Of a DNA stretch of 64,000 nucleotides, positions 43,593 through 53,337 are shown one piece after another. Source of the DNA: Pseudomonadota bacterium. GTDB taxonomy: Bacteria; Pseudomonadota; Gammaproteobacteria; Pseudomonadales; UBA7434. The position numbers and the translations under genes are program-made. The stretch is from positions 22,616 through 86,615 of the forward strand of contig JAYYUJ010000024.1 in assembly GCA_036344075.1 (NCBI GenBank). The letters are read 5' to 3'. Positions within the stretch are counted from its first letter, which is position 1; each line of letters opens with the position of its first letter. The notes below the pieces were generated by a model. That model ran no database searches and was not told the origin of the DNA. It saw only the letters and a program-made list of their open reading frames with translations.

Positions 43593-43822
43593 TAAGATTA
43601 AGGTGTAAGTAAGTAATTGAGGCTTATTTGATAAATTATACTTAATGAAATTCACAAAGATCGTGAGTTATTTGGTGGTTATACCTAATTAAAGATTAAC
43701 AAAATGATAAATTGCTAATTTGGCCTTCTAATCGTGCTGGCTTGGGTTGAATAATCAGCGTAATATAATCCAATTATTTATTCTAAAGTATAAATAAGGA
43801 ATAGAATTCATTGGAGTAAATT

Positions 43823-45067
43823 ATGTCAAAATGTCCATTTCACAATGTCCGTGACCCAGACTTTTATACTTCGGGCCATCATCAAGAAAAACTAGTCGAA
43901 ATGAGGGCCGCCGCTGAGGCGCCAATAGTTAAAGTTGATGATCCCATTCGAGGTGAGCCTTATTGGGTAGTGATGAATCGGACGGCATCCGATTATATTT
44001 GTAAGCATCCGCTAATTTTTTCTAGTGAAGAAAAATCCTGTATTCCAAAAGAGTTTGACGAGATCGCCCTTGAGCAGCAAAAACTGATGTTAGTTAATAT
44101 GGATCCGCCTCACCATCAGAAATACCGGCGGATAGCTAGAAACGCTTTCACACCTCGTGCTGTAGAAGCATATCATGAAGTATTTAAGGTCTATGCTAAG
44201 CAGATCGTTGATGCTATTGCGAGTAAAGGAAAGTGTGAATTCATCACCGATGTTGCAGCTGAGCTTCCTCTAATGGCTATACTGGATATGATGAGTGTGC
44301 CAAAGGAAGATAGAAAAAAAGTCTTTACTTGGACTAATGAAATGTTCTTTCAAGACGATGAAGATATCGGTGGTGAGGACGCAGAGGCAAAAGCTATGGA
44401 GGCTTCTGCAAATATTTATCTATATGCTGGCGAACTCGCAAAGAAACATGCAGAAAGCCCGTTGAATAACATTGTTGGTGCTTTGCTGGACGGTAAGGTA
44501 AATGATGAGTATTTAACTGAGGATGAGTTCCAAGCGTTCTTTTTGATGTTGATAGCTGCAGGCAACGAAAGTACCCGATCGGTAACGGCTCATGGGATGC
44601 GTTTGTTAATAGAGAATCCAGATCAACTTCAGAAACTAATTGATGATCCTGAATTAATTCCCGATGCATGTGAGGAGATGCTTCGATACAACCCAGCCTT
44701 TATTCAGATGCAACGATATGTAATGGAAGACACTGAGTATGAAGGGGTTGAGATGAAGAAAGGAGATTTAGTGATGTTAAATTGGCATATTATCAACATG
44801 GATGCTGATTTATTTGAATCCCCTTTAGAGTTTAATGTGACTCGCGCACAAGACATCGCTTTGCATCGTGAGCATCGGGCCTTCGGTAATGGCGAGCATT
44901 TTTGCCTAGGAGCACACCTAGCAAGACTCGAGTTACAAATCATGTTTAAAGAGATATTGCCTCGTTTACGAAACCCAAAATTTGCGAAGCCAGTTCAATA
45001 TGTGCGAGATAATCTCGTTAATGGGATCAAAGAAATGTACATTACATTTGATCCAGAGGCTGCATAA
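43823..45067 (+). CDS. Cytochrome P450 (CYP125/124/142-like by appearance)
   Basis: 'NMDPPHH..YR', I-helix 'AGNEST', 'EMLR' and heme motif 'FGNGEHFCLG'. Confidence 0.92.
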   Translation: MSKCPFHNVRDPDFYTSGHHQEKLVEMRAAAEAPIVKVDDPIRGEPYWVVMNRTASDYICKHPLIFSSEEKSCIPKEFDEIALEQQKLMLVNMDPPHHQKYRRIARNAFTPRAVEAYHEVFKVYAKQIVDAIASKGKCEFITDVAAELPLMAILDMMSVPKEDRKKVFTWTNEMFFQDDEDIGGEDAEAKAMEASANIYLYAGELAKKHAESPLNNIVGALLDGKVNDEYLTEDEFQAFFLMLIAAGNESTRSVTAHGMRLLIENPDQLQKLIDDPELIPDACEEMLRYNPAFIQMQRYVMEDTEYEGVEMKKGDLVMLNWHIINMDADLFESPLEFNVTRAQDIALHREHRAFGNGEHFCLGAHLARLELQIMFKEILPRLRNPKFAKPVQYVRDNLVNGIKEMYITFDPEAA

Positions 45068-45147
45068 TTATAAATCCTTATAATTACTTAATGTCTGAAT
45101 AGCATTAATTGAATATTGGATTTTATTGATAATAAATTGAGGTTTTT

Positions 45148-46839
45148 GTGATAAGTTCGTTCAAAGCGCTTTCGGAGAAGATCTTCCAGCAATTCAAAAA
45201 TTTAATACATCCTAGCTTTTTCAAACATTGGTACGCCATCAAATTCATTTCATTAACAGTTTTTGTCAATATCCAACCGACAGTTGCTAATCCCTGCTCT
45301 AAGGAGATAGCAAATATCGATCCTTTGCCAATTGTAAATGGTTGGGGTCTTAATGAGAAAAACCATCGATTTGTAGGATCAAGCATGGCTGGGATTTCTC
45401 CCGATGTTTTGAATGACTTAGCCGTGAAGTGGGTGTTTGCCGTCGCCGATACAGATGCCCCCCATACTCAGCCATTGATTACCTCGAATACCGTTGTCAT
45501 CGGAGACGGCTCTGGCGGCGTTTATGCTCTAGATCGTGATACCGGTTGCGAGCGATGGCGATTTGATGCAGGTAGTATGGTACGTACTGCGTTACGTTAT
45601 ATTCAAACCGACAGCCACCACTTGATAAGCTTTGGTACTTTAGAGGCTGAGGTATTTGCAGTTGATTTGATGACGGGTGTGCAGCGTTGGCGGGTAAAAG
45701 TCGGTGAGCACCCTCAGGCAATGGTAACTGGCTCCAGCGTGGATCATAAAGGTATTATCTATCAGCCTATCTCATCTTGGGAGGTGTTTTGGGCATTAAA
45801 CCCATTTTATAGTTGTTGTGACTTCAGAAGTTCGATTGTCGCCATAGACGCTTTAACGGGCGAGATATTATGGCGTAGCTATACCATTGACGAGCCAGCT
45901 AAAGTTACTAAACCAAGACTTATCTTCGGTGATAGGAGAGGACCATCGGGTGCCCCCGTCTGGTCTCAACCGGCCCTTGATGTAAAAAGAAATCGCTTAT
46001 ATGTCGGAACGGGGGAGAACTACTCCGCGCCTGTAACTGACACCAGTGATGCAATTATGGCATTTGATCTAACCACTGGGGAGAGAATATGGAGCCAGCA
46101 ATTTCTAGCTGGCGATGCTTGGACGGCCGCTTGTGCTTCACCCTTAGATGCGAATTGTCCTGAAGAGGATGGCCCCGATTTAGATTTTGGTGCGCCACCC
46201 ATTTTGGTTACCCTCGATAATAAAGATTATATTTTAGCAGGACAGAAGAGTGGTGATGTTTATGCTCTAGATCCTGATAACAATGGGCAGACTCTTTGGG
46301 CCTATAAGGCAAGTAATGGCGGCATGGCAGGTGGCGTGCATTTTGGTATGGCTATTGATCAGACTCGAGGTGCTTTATATGTCCCTATAAGTGATCGCGA
46401 CGTAGGAATTATTGGTGAGAATCCGCCAGGCACTCCAAAACCCTCTTTGCACGCTATCGACATTGCTTCGGGAAGCCCTCTATGGACAGTTCCAGCGCCA
46501 GGTGATTGCCTTGATCCTAAAAATAATAAACCAATAAAAAATTGTCATGTGGGCTTGTCTGCTGCTGTTACGGTTACTGAGGACATTGTATTTGCGCCAT
46601 CGCTTGATGGTAATCTTTATGCATTTTCATCAAAAAATGGTGAGCTTCTATGGTCTTACGATACAGTTCGTGACTTTGAAGCAGTCAATGAACTTGAGGC
46701 ATCTGGAGGCGCGATTGATCTTGGTGGTGTATATCTTGATGGCGGTCAGCTATTCGTCAGTTCGGGTTATGGCCAAATGGGCCAATTACCTGGAAATGCT
46801 TTTATAGTTATGGATGTTCAAGTTGAGGAGCAACCATAG
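45148..46839 (+). CDS. PQQ-dependent beta-propeller dehydrogenase, polyvinyl-alcohol-dehydrogenase-like
   Basis: Trp-docking repeats, 'CCDFRSS', 'GPSGAPVWSQP', 'GTGENYS', 'GPDLDFG' and 'AGQKSG'. Start uncertain. Confidence 0.8.
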   Translation: MISSFKALSEKIFQQFKNLIHPSFFKHWYAIKFISLTVFVNIQPTVANPCSKEIANIDPLPIVNGWGLNEKNHRFVGSSMAGISPDVLNDLAVKWVFAVADTDAPHTQPLITSNTVVIGDGSGGVYALDRDTGCERWRFDAGSMVRTALRYIQTDSHHLISFGTLEAEVFAVDLMTGVQRWRVKVGEHPQAMVTGSSVDHKGIIYQPISSWEVFWALNPFYSCCDFRSSIVAIDALTGEILWRSYTIDEPAKVTKPRLIFGDRRGPSGAPVWSQPALDVKRNRLYVGTGENYSAPVTDTSDAIMAFDLTTGERIWSQQFLAGDAWTAACASPLDANCPEEDGPDLDFGAPPILVTLDNKDYILAGQKSGDVYALDPDNNGQTLWAYKASNGGMAGGVHFGMAIDQTRGALYVPISDRDVGIIGENPPGTPKPSLHAIDIASGSPLWTVPAPGDCLDPKNNKPIKNCHVGLSAAVTVTEDIVFAPSLDGNLYAFSSKNGELLWSYDTVRDFEAVNELEASGGAIDLGGVYLDGGQLFVSSGYGQMGQLPGNAFIVMDVQVEEQP

Positions 46840-46841
46840 CC

Positions 46842-48296
46842 ATGACAAATCATCCTCTACGCGTAGCAGTCATCGGTGCTGGCCCGGCAGGTATCGCGGC
46901 TGGTCATGCATTGCTTCAGCAGGGTTTTGATAATATCACCTTGTTTGAAAAATCTGATGCGGTGGGTGGTACATGGCATCTGCACACCTATCCAGGTCTC
47001 GCTTGTGATCTTTGGGCGCACTCTTATACTTTTGCATCGCGTCCTAACCCTAATTGGAGTGCAAGTTTTGTCGAACAGCCAGAAATCGAGCAATATCTAC
47101 AGCAAAGCTGCACGGCATTTGGCCTTGATCAATACGTAAAACTCAATACAAAAATCACTCATGCTGAATTTAGTGATAATCGCACTTGGCGATTAACCAG
47201 CGAGGCGGGTGAAACATTTAGCTTTGACGTGGTGATTAATGCGATGGGTAATCAACATACGGCGGCTTATCCTGATGTTGAGGGCATTAATTCCTTTAGT
47301 GGTGACAGTTGGCACGGTACACGTTGGAATCATGATGTAGATCTACAAGATAAGCGCGTTGCTATTATCGGTTCGGCGGCTAGTGCGATTCAGATTGTCC
47401 CTGAGCTGGCTAAGCAAGCTGCCCATTTGACGGTGTTGCAACGAACGCCAAATTGGATTATGGCCCGTGGCCGAAAATTTTACTCTAAATCGCTAATTAA
47501 CCTCTTTAATTGGTTACCAGGTCTTGTCAATGCTTATCGGCATATTCAAGCTTACATGATGAGCTTCACCGTTGAGGGTGTCACCCTAGGTCATAAGCGA
47601 ATGAACCAGTTTGAAAAGATGGCAAAAGACTATTTACACCAAGTGATCAAAGACCCTGATTTGCGTGAGACATTGACGCCCAAGAGCCGCTATGGCTGTA
47701 AGCGAGGTTTAGTTTCCGATGATTTTTATCCTGCACTGCTTCGCGATAACGTGGATTTAGTCGCTGAAGGATTAAAAGCTGTAAGGCCTCAAGGGATAAC
47801 AACAGCCAGTGGCCTAGAAATTGATGTCGATGTCATCATTTATTGTACCGGATATCACATACTTGATTATGATCGCATCCATGTTAGTGGTTTAGGGGGA
47901 AAACTTTTGGCAGAGGAGATGGAAAAATCTCCTACGGCTTATATGGGTATAGCAGCAACTGATTTTCCAAATTACTTCTTTGCTGCAGGCCCAAATGGTT
48001 TAGCCATTAACGCATCTTATTTTGCTAATGTTGAGAGAAACGTCAAGACAATCGTAAGCTTGCTTGTAGAAAAGCAAAAATCTGGCATTCATGCGTTGGT
48101 TGTAAATCCGAACATCTGTAACGCTTATAATCAAGATCTTTCCCTTAAATTTAGTCAGTTTTCGTGGGGTGCCTCAAATTGTAATAGCTACTATCGAACA
48201 GCATCCGGACATGCGCCATTTTTATTCCCAGGTAGCTTCAAGGAATATAATAACTTACATAATTCTTGTAACATCAGCGCGTTCGACTCGCTGTAG
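46842..48296 (+). CDS. Baeyer-Villiger-type flavoprotein monooxygenase
   Basis: 'GAGPAG', 'GGTWHLHTYPGLACD', fingerprint 'FSGDSWHGTRW', 'QRTP' and 'CKR'. Confidence 0.88.
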   Translation: MTNHPLRVAVIGAGPAGIAAGHALLQQGFDNITLFEKSDAVGGTWHLHTYPGLACDLWAHSYTFASRPNPNWSASFVEQPEIEQYLQQSCTAFGLDQYVKLNTKITHAEFSDNRTWRLTSEAGETFSFDVVINAMGNQHTAAYPDVEGINSFSGDSWHGTRWNHDVDLQDKRVAIIGSAASAIQIVPELAKQAAHLTVLQRTPNWIMARGRKFYSKSLINLFNWLPGLVNAYRHIQAYMMSFTVEGVTLGHKRMNQFEKMAKDYLHQVIKDPDLRETLTPKSRYGCKRGLVSDDFYPALLRDNVDLVAEGLKAVRPQGITTASGLEIDVDVIIYCTGYHILDYDRIHVSGLGGKLLAEEMEKSPTAYMGIAATDFPNYFFAAGPNGLAINASYFANVERNVKTIVSLLVEKQKSGIHALVVNPNICNAYNQDLSLKFSQFSWGASNCNSYYRTASGHAPFLFPGSFKEYNNLHNSCNISAFDSL

Positions 48297-48339
48297 TTAA
48301 ATTTTTCTATAATTTTTAGCATCTAAGAGAGAATGCATC

Positions 48340-49632
48340 ATGGCATGGGATTTTCAAACCGATCCAGAATTTCAAAAAAAACTTGATTGGGCAAAAGACT
48401 TTGTTGTTAATGAGTTGATTCCATTGGAGCCATTATTAGGTGTATTCAGTGATGAAGTGTGGCAAAAAGAAATCCTAGCCCCATTAAAGCAAAAAGTGAA
48501 AGATCAGGATTTATGGGCCTGTCATCTTGAAAAAGAATTAGGCGGTCAGGGTTATGGCCAACTGCCATTGGCCTTGATGAATTTAGAGACCGGACGCTGT
48601 CCCTTCGCTCAGGAGGTGTTTGGCAATATGGCGCCCGATTCGGGCAATGCCGAATTATTAGCGGAAGGCGGCACGGAGGCGCAAAAAGAAAAATGGCTAT
48701 GGCCTAATTTGCGCGGTGATATTCGTAGTAGCTTTGCCATCACCGAACCTTGGGTGGCTGGTACAGACCCTACTCAAATTCAAACGACGGCAGTGTTGGA
48801 CGGTGATGAGTGGGTCATCAATGGACGTAAATGGATGATTACTAATGCGTCGCGTTCAGATTTCATAATTTTTATGTGTGTGACGGATCCCGATGCCCCT
48901 GTGCATCAGCGCTGTTCAATGATCGTAGTCGAAAAGGGCACAGTAGGAATGGACGTGTTTCGTGATATTCCCACGATGCATCATCCGGTTGAAAGTTTTG
49001 GTGAACTCGGTGGTCATGCTGAAATCACGTTAGACAATGTTCGTGTGCCACGCGATAACTTAATTGGTGAAGTAGGTGGTGGCTTTATATTGTCGCAGGT
49101 GCGCTTAGGGCCAGGGCGTATTCATCATGCCACCCGTTGGTTGGCTGAAGCCGAGCGAGCCTTTGACATGCTGTGTGAACGAGCCCAGTCGCGCTTTTCA
49201 TTTGGTAAGCCCTACAGTAAGCATCAAATGATTCAGGAATATATCGCTGACTCACGTATCGACATCGAAACTGCCAAGCTACTAACATTGAATGCGGCTT
49301 GGAAGATGGATCAGGTTGGCCATCATGCGGCCCGATCAGAGATTGCGATGGCGAAGGTGTATAACGCAAAGGTCTTATACAATGTGGTCGATCGCGCCCT
49401 ACAGGTCCATGGCTCGCTGGGCTACAGCTGTGATATGCCGTTGGAGTTGATGTATCGATCTGCCAGAATGGCGCCCTTAGTTGATGGTGCTAACGAGGTT
49501 CACAAGGTGACCATCGCTAAGTCTGAATTGAAGCGTTATACCGCCGTAGAAGGTTGGCCCTCAGAGCACGTGCCAACCAGAAAACAAGCTGCATTAAAAC
49601 GGTTTGAGCACTTACTAGAGGCTAATTCCTAG
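48340..49632 (+). CDS. Acyl-CoA dehydrogenase (ACAD10/11- or LvaC-like)
   Basis: 'APDSGNAE', 'FAITEP', 'NGRKW', 'RLGPGRIHH' and 'DGANEVH'. Confidence 0.88.
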   Translation: MAWDFQTDPEFQKKLDWAKDFVVNELIPLEPLLGVFSDEVWQKEILAPLKQKVKDQDLWACHLEKELGGQGYGQLPLALMNLETGRCPFAQEVFGNMAPDSGNAELLAEGGTEAQKEKWLWPNLRGDIRSSFAITEPWVAGTDPTQIQTTAVLDGDEWVINGRKWMITNASRSDFIIFMCVTDPDAPVHQRCSMIVVEKGTVGMDVFRDIPTMHHPVESFGELGGHAEITLDNVRVPRDNLIGEVGGGFILSQVRLGPGRIHHATRWLAEAERAFDMLCERAQSRFSFGKPYSKHQMIQEYIADSRIDIETAKLLTLNAAWKMDQVGHHAARSEIAMAKVYNAKVLYNVVDRALQVHGSLGYSCDMPLELMYRSARMAPLVDGANEVHKVTIAKSELKRYTAVEGWPSEHVPTRKQAALKRFEHLLEANS

Positions 49633-49634
49633 TA

Positions 49635-50672
49635 ATGCAGGATAGCTTTAATATTAATTTGCCCGCACTAGAAAAATGGTTTGATGGCCATCTAAATGAC
49701 CATCAGGCGATCGATATTGAGCCTATAAAAGGCGGTGGTTCGTGCGAACTTTTTTCTATTAAGCGGGGTGAAAGGCGATGGGCAATGCGTCGTGCACCAC
49801 TAAACGCGGTATCAAGCTCTGCCCACGATGTATTGCGTGAATTTGCGATTATTCATGCGATGCAAGATGCCGATCTACCCGTCCCTAAAGTATTGGCAGC
49901 TGAAAAGCGAGGGGCCATTACTGACGCTGATTTTTATATCATGGAATATATCGATGGGTGTGTCATTCGGCATGGCTTGCCTAAAAATTTTATTGCCAGT
50001 CCTGAAACACAACCTGCTATCGGAGAACAATTAATCGATGCACTAGTTGATTTACACAGTTTTGAATGGCGTGGTACAGCACTCGAAAGGCTAGCTAATC
50101 TTGAAGCATTCCTGCCAAGGCAAATTGATCGTTGGCTTAAACAGTTCTCCAGTTATCAAAATGGAAGAGATCTGCCGATTGTTAATACTGTTGCTCAATG
50201 GTTGCGTGATCACCTTCCAGATAAGGGTGATTTAACCATTATGCACGGCGACTTCAAACTCGATAATGTCATGTTTAGTCATAACCCTCCACCAGAACTC
50301 TTGGCCGTTGTGGATTTTGAAATGACGACGGTTGGTGATCCATTAGTAGACTTAGCTTGGGCGATGATATTTTGGCCTGAAGAGGGGAACCTTATTGCTA
50401 TTGCCCCAACAAATAGCGAGAAGGGTATGGCTGCTGATTATTGCCAGTCACCATCGCAGTTAATTGATCGTTATGCAAAGGCGACCGGAAGAGATATGTC
50501 ACAATTTCAGTGGTATCAGGTGTTCGCTGCTTGGAAGTTAGCCATTGTGCTTGAGGCTTCCTATTCGCAGTTCCTGGCGGGCAAGTCGAAAAATCCAAGT
50601 CACGAGTTCTTTGGTTTTGTGACCGATCAATTACTTATTCGTGCTGAAAAATTTGCTTCGGATGAAAGTTAA
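49635..50672 (+). CDS. APH-family phosphotransferase (LvaA / ACAD10-11 kinase-like)
   Basis: 'SAHDVLRE', 'FYIMEY', 'HGDFKLDN', 'DFEMTTVGDPLVDL' and 'WKLAIVLE'. Confidence 0.88.
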   Translation: MQDSFNINLPALEKWFDGHLNDHQAIDIEPIKGGGSCELFSIKRGERRWAMRRAPLNAVSSSAHDVLREFAIIHAMQDADLPVPKVLAAEKRGAITDADFYIMEYIDGCVIRHGLPKNFIASPETQPAIGEQLIDALVDLHSFEWRGTALERLANLEAFLPRQIDRWLKQFSSYQNGRDLPIVNTVAQWLRDHLPDKGDLTIMHGDFKLDNVMFSHNPPPELLAVVDFEMTTVGDPLVDLAWAMIFWPEEGNLIAIAPTNSEKGMAADYCQSPSQLIDRYAKATGRDMSQFQWYQVFAAWKLAIVLEASYSQFLAGKSKNPSHEFFGFVTDQLLIRAEKFASDES

Positions 50673-50707
50673 TTGACGATTAGCCATCCGAATAACGGAG
50701 AGATAAT

Positions 50708-51469
50708 ATGAATGATCTTTTTGATGTCAGTGGCAAGGTCGTAATGGTTACAGGCGGCAGCCGTGGTCTTGGTAAGGCCATGGTGATGGAGTTTGCTCAG
50801 CGTGGTGCAAAGGTGGTCATTGCCAGTCGTAAGCTGGATGAGTGCCAGAAGGTAGCCGCTGAGGTTGTTGCTCAAGGCGGTGAGGCTTTGGCGTTAAGCT
50901 GCCATGTGGGTCATTGGGATAGTTTATCTGATGTCATTGATCAAGTAGTTGACCACTTTGGCCGAATTGATGTGCTGGTTAATAATGCAGGTATGTCACC
51001 GGTTGCACCCTCTTTACTTGAAACGAGTGAACTATTATTTGATAAAATCATTGGTGTCAATTTAAAGGGCCCAACGCGATTGACGGCATTAGCCGCAGAC
51101 CAAATGGCTAAAACAGGCGGTGGTAGTATTATTAATATTAGCTCGGTGGCCTCGTATAAGCCTAGTGCCTTGACTACCGTGTACAGTGCGGCAAAGGCAG
51201 GCTTAAATGCCTTAACTTCAGCGAGCGCTCAAGAATTCGCAGGCGTTGGTGTGAGAGTGAATTGCATCGTCTGCGGGACCTTTGATACCGATGCGGCGGC
51301 CGGTTTTGTCCGCAACCCCGATACATTGCCTCATGTCATCGAGCCGATTGCCTTAAATCGTGTTGGCGAGCCTGAAGAGGTCGTTGGCGCCGTGATTTAT
51401 TTTGCCTCTGCCGCCTCAAGTTATACGACCGGCACCTGTATGACAATCGATGGCGGCATTCGCCCGTAA
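50708..51469 (+). CDS. Short-chain dehydrogenase/reductase
   Basis: 'TGGSRGLG', 'NNAG' and 'YSAAK'. Confidence 0.92.
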   Translation: MNDLFDVSGKVVMVTGGSRGLGKAMVMEFAQRGAKVVIASRKLDECQKVAAEVVAQGGEALALSCHVGHWDSLSDVIDQVVDHFGRIDVLVNNAGMSPVAPSLLETSELLFDKIIGVNLKGPTRLTALAADQMAKTGGGSIINISSVASYKPSALTTVYSAAKAGLNALTSASAQEFAGVGVRVNCIVCGTFDTDAAAGFVRNPDTLPHVIEPIALNRVGEPEEVVGAVIYFASAASSYTTGTCMTIDGGIRP

Positions 51470-51537
51470 ATTTTGCTACTGATATGAGAAGATATTGATA
51501 AAACAACGCGCAGTTATAAAAAAAGCAGAGAGATTTT

Positions 51538-53229
51538 ATGGAAAAGGTCAGTCTAGAAGAAATTGAAGCCGCAAGGTCAGCCTTGTTGGCAAAGGATGCT
51601 TTTTTCGAACTTGAGAAGGTAACGACACCCCGCGGTACCTTTAACGCTTACAAGCATGCTCCCAAGAGCCTAGTAGAGCTTTTGTCTGCCGGTCGTGGCC
51701 ATGGTGATGCCACCTTGATTGTCTATGAAGATGAGCGTTGGACGTTTAATGAGTTTTACCAAAAGGTCGATAGCCTAAGATCCTGGCTAGTAAACGAAAA
51801 GCAAATTAAAAATGGCGATAGGGTAGCGATTGCGATGAGAAACTACCCCGAGTGGCTAGTCGCATTTACGGCAAGTGTGCTATCGGGGGCCATAACCGTG
51901 CCGCTTAATAGTTGGGGTAAGGCTGATGAGCTGTTGCATGGTTTGGGTGACTGTGAGCCGGCCGTGTTATTTTGTGATCAGCAGCGTTATGATTTCGTTG
52001 CATCCAGCGCAAAAAATATGACGACTGATCTAGTCGTTGCGAGATCTGAAAGCATCGATGCATCAGTCGCTGTAAAGCTAGATTCTCTTTTACTAAAGAC
52101 AGATGGCTTCCCACCCATCGCTGAGGTTGAATCCGATTCGACTGCCCTTGTTTTGTACACATCCGGCAGCACAGGTTACCCCAAGGGCGTTATTTTGACA
52201 CATCGCACTATGGGCCAGTGCTTGATGAATATGTATTACGTCGGTGCATTGTGCTCACAGTTTGCTGATCCTGCGATGGAAAAGTTTTCAAGCATTGCTC
52301 CTTGCAACCTCATAACCGTCCCCCTTTTCCATGGCACAGGACTGTGGGGTGGTTTTTTTGTTCCACTACAGATGGGCGGCAAGGTTGTGTTAATGTATAA
52401 GTGGGACGCTAAGAAGGCCCTGTCGCTGATAGAACAAGAGCAAGTGACATTAATAGGTACTGTCCCAGCTATCGTAAGGTCCCTTCTAAAGGACCCCGAT
52501 TTTGACCAGTACAATACCGAGACACTTTGTCGCGTTAGTATGGCGGGTTCGTTGACGCCCAATGATTTGCCCGAACTGATTCATGAAAAGCTGGGCTATG
52601 TCTCGCGCTCAACGGGTTGGGCCATGACTGAGACATGCTCAATTGGCTCATCGATGGGTGATCGAATATACGATGACAGACCAGACAGTGCAGGTTTAGT
52701 ATCACCTATTGTTGACTTAAGAATGGTTGATGATGAGGGTAATGTCGTACCTAATGGGGAAGAGGGCGAGATTGAGTGTAACGGGGTTACCATGACGCCT
52801 GGTTACTGGCGGAGACCTGATGCGACAGCCGAAATTTATCATGGTGATTGGTTGCGCACCGGTGATGTGGGCCGCCTTGATGAAGAAGGGTTCTTGTACA
52901 TTACCGGTCGGGTTAAGGATATTGTGATTCGTGGTGGAGAGAATATTTTTCCGGGTGAGGTGGAGGATGTGGCATACTCGCACGAGGCTATTGAAGAGGT
53001 TTGCGTATTCGGGGTGCCTGACGATGCCTTGGGTGAGGTGCTGGCGATGGTTTATTTTTCACCTGACAAAGGTATAGACCATTCGGAATTGGAAACCTAT
53101 ATCAGTGATCGATTAGGTTCATTTAAAGTGCCAAAGTATATATCGGCATCCAATCAATCCTTGCCGCTTAATTTAAGTGGTAAAATCGACAAGAAAGTAA
53201 TCCGAGATGATTTTTTATTGAAGTTGTGA
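51538..53229 (+). CDS. Acyl-CoA synthetase (AMP-forming)
   Basis: 'YTSGSTGYPKG', 'GWAMTET', 'TGDVG', 'GRVKD.VIRGGENI' and 'SGKIDK'. Confidence 0.92.
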   Translation: MEKVSLEEIEAARSALLAKDAFFELEKVTTPRGTFNAYKHAPKSLVELLSAGRGHGDATLIVYEDERWTFNEFYQKVDSLRSWLVNEKQIKNGDRVAIAMRNYPEWLVAFTASVLSGAITVPLNSWGKADELLHGLGDCEPAVLFCDQQRYDFVASSAKNMTTDLVVARSESIDASVAVKLDSLLLKTDGFPPIAEVESDSTALVLYTSGSTGYPKGVILTHRTMGQCLMNMYYVGALCSQFADPAMEKFSSIAPCNLITVPLFHGTGLWGGFFVPLQMGGKVVLMYKWDAKKALSLIEQEQVTLIGTVPAIVRSLLKDPDFDQYNTETLCRVSMAGSLTPNDLPELIHEKLGYVSRSTGWAMTETCSIGSSMGDRIYDDRPDSAGLVSPIVDLRMVDDEGNVVPNGEEGEIECNGVTMTPGYWRRPDATAEIYHGDWLRTGDVGRLDEEGFLYITGRVKDIVIRGGENIFPGEVEDVAYSHEAIEEVCVFGVPDDALGEVLAMVYFSPDKGIDHSELETYISDRLGSFKVPKYISASNQSLPLNLSGKIDKKVIRDDFLLKL

Positions 53230-53337
53230 TTTCGCTAGCGGAAATAAGGACCTTTTATTCTTTTATATGTGGCCTCTTATTTAAGTCTATTCATAAGCAA
53301 GTAGCAGAATGTTCTGCAAGATTTGGAGAATGTGTTC

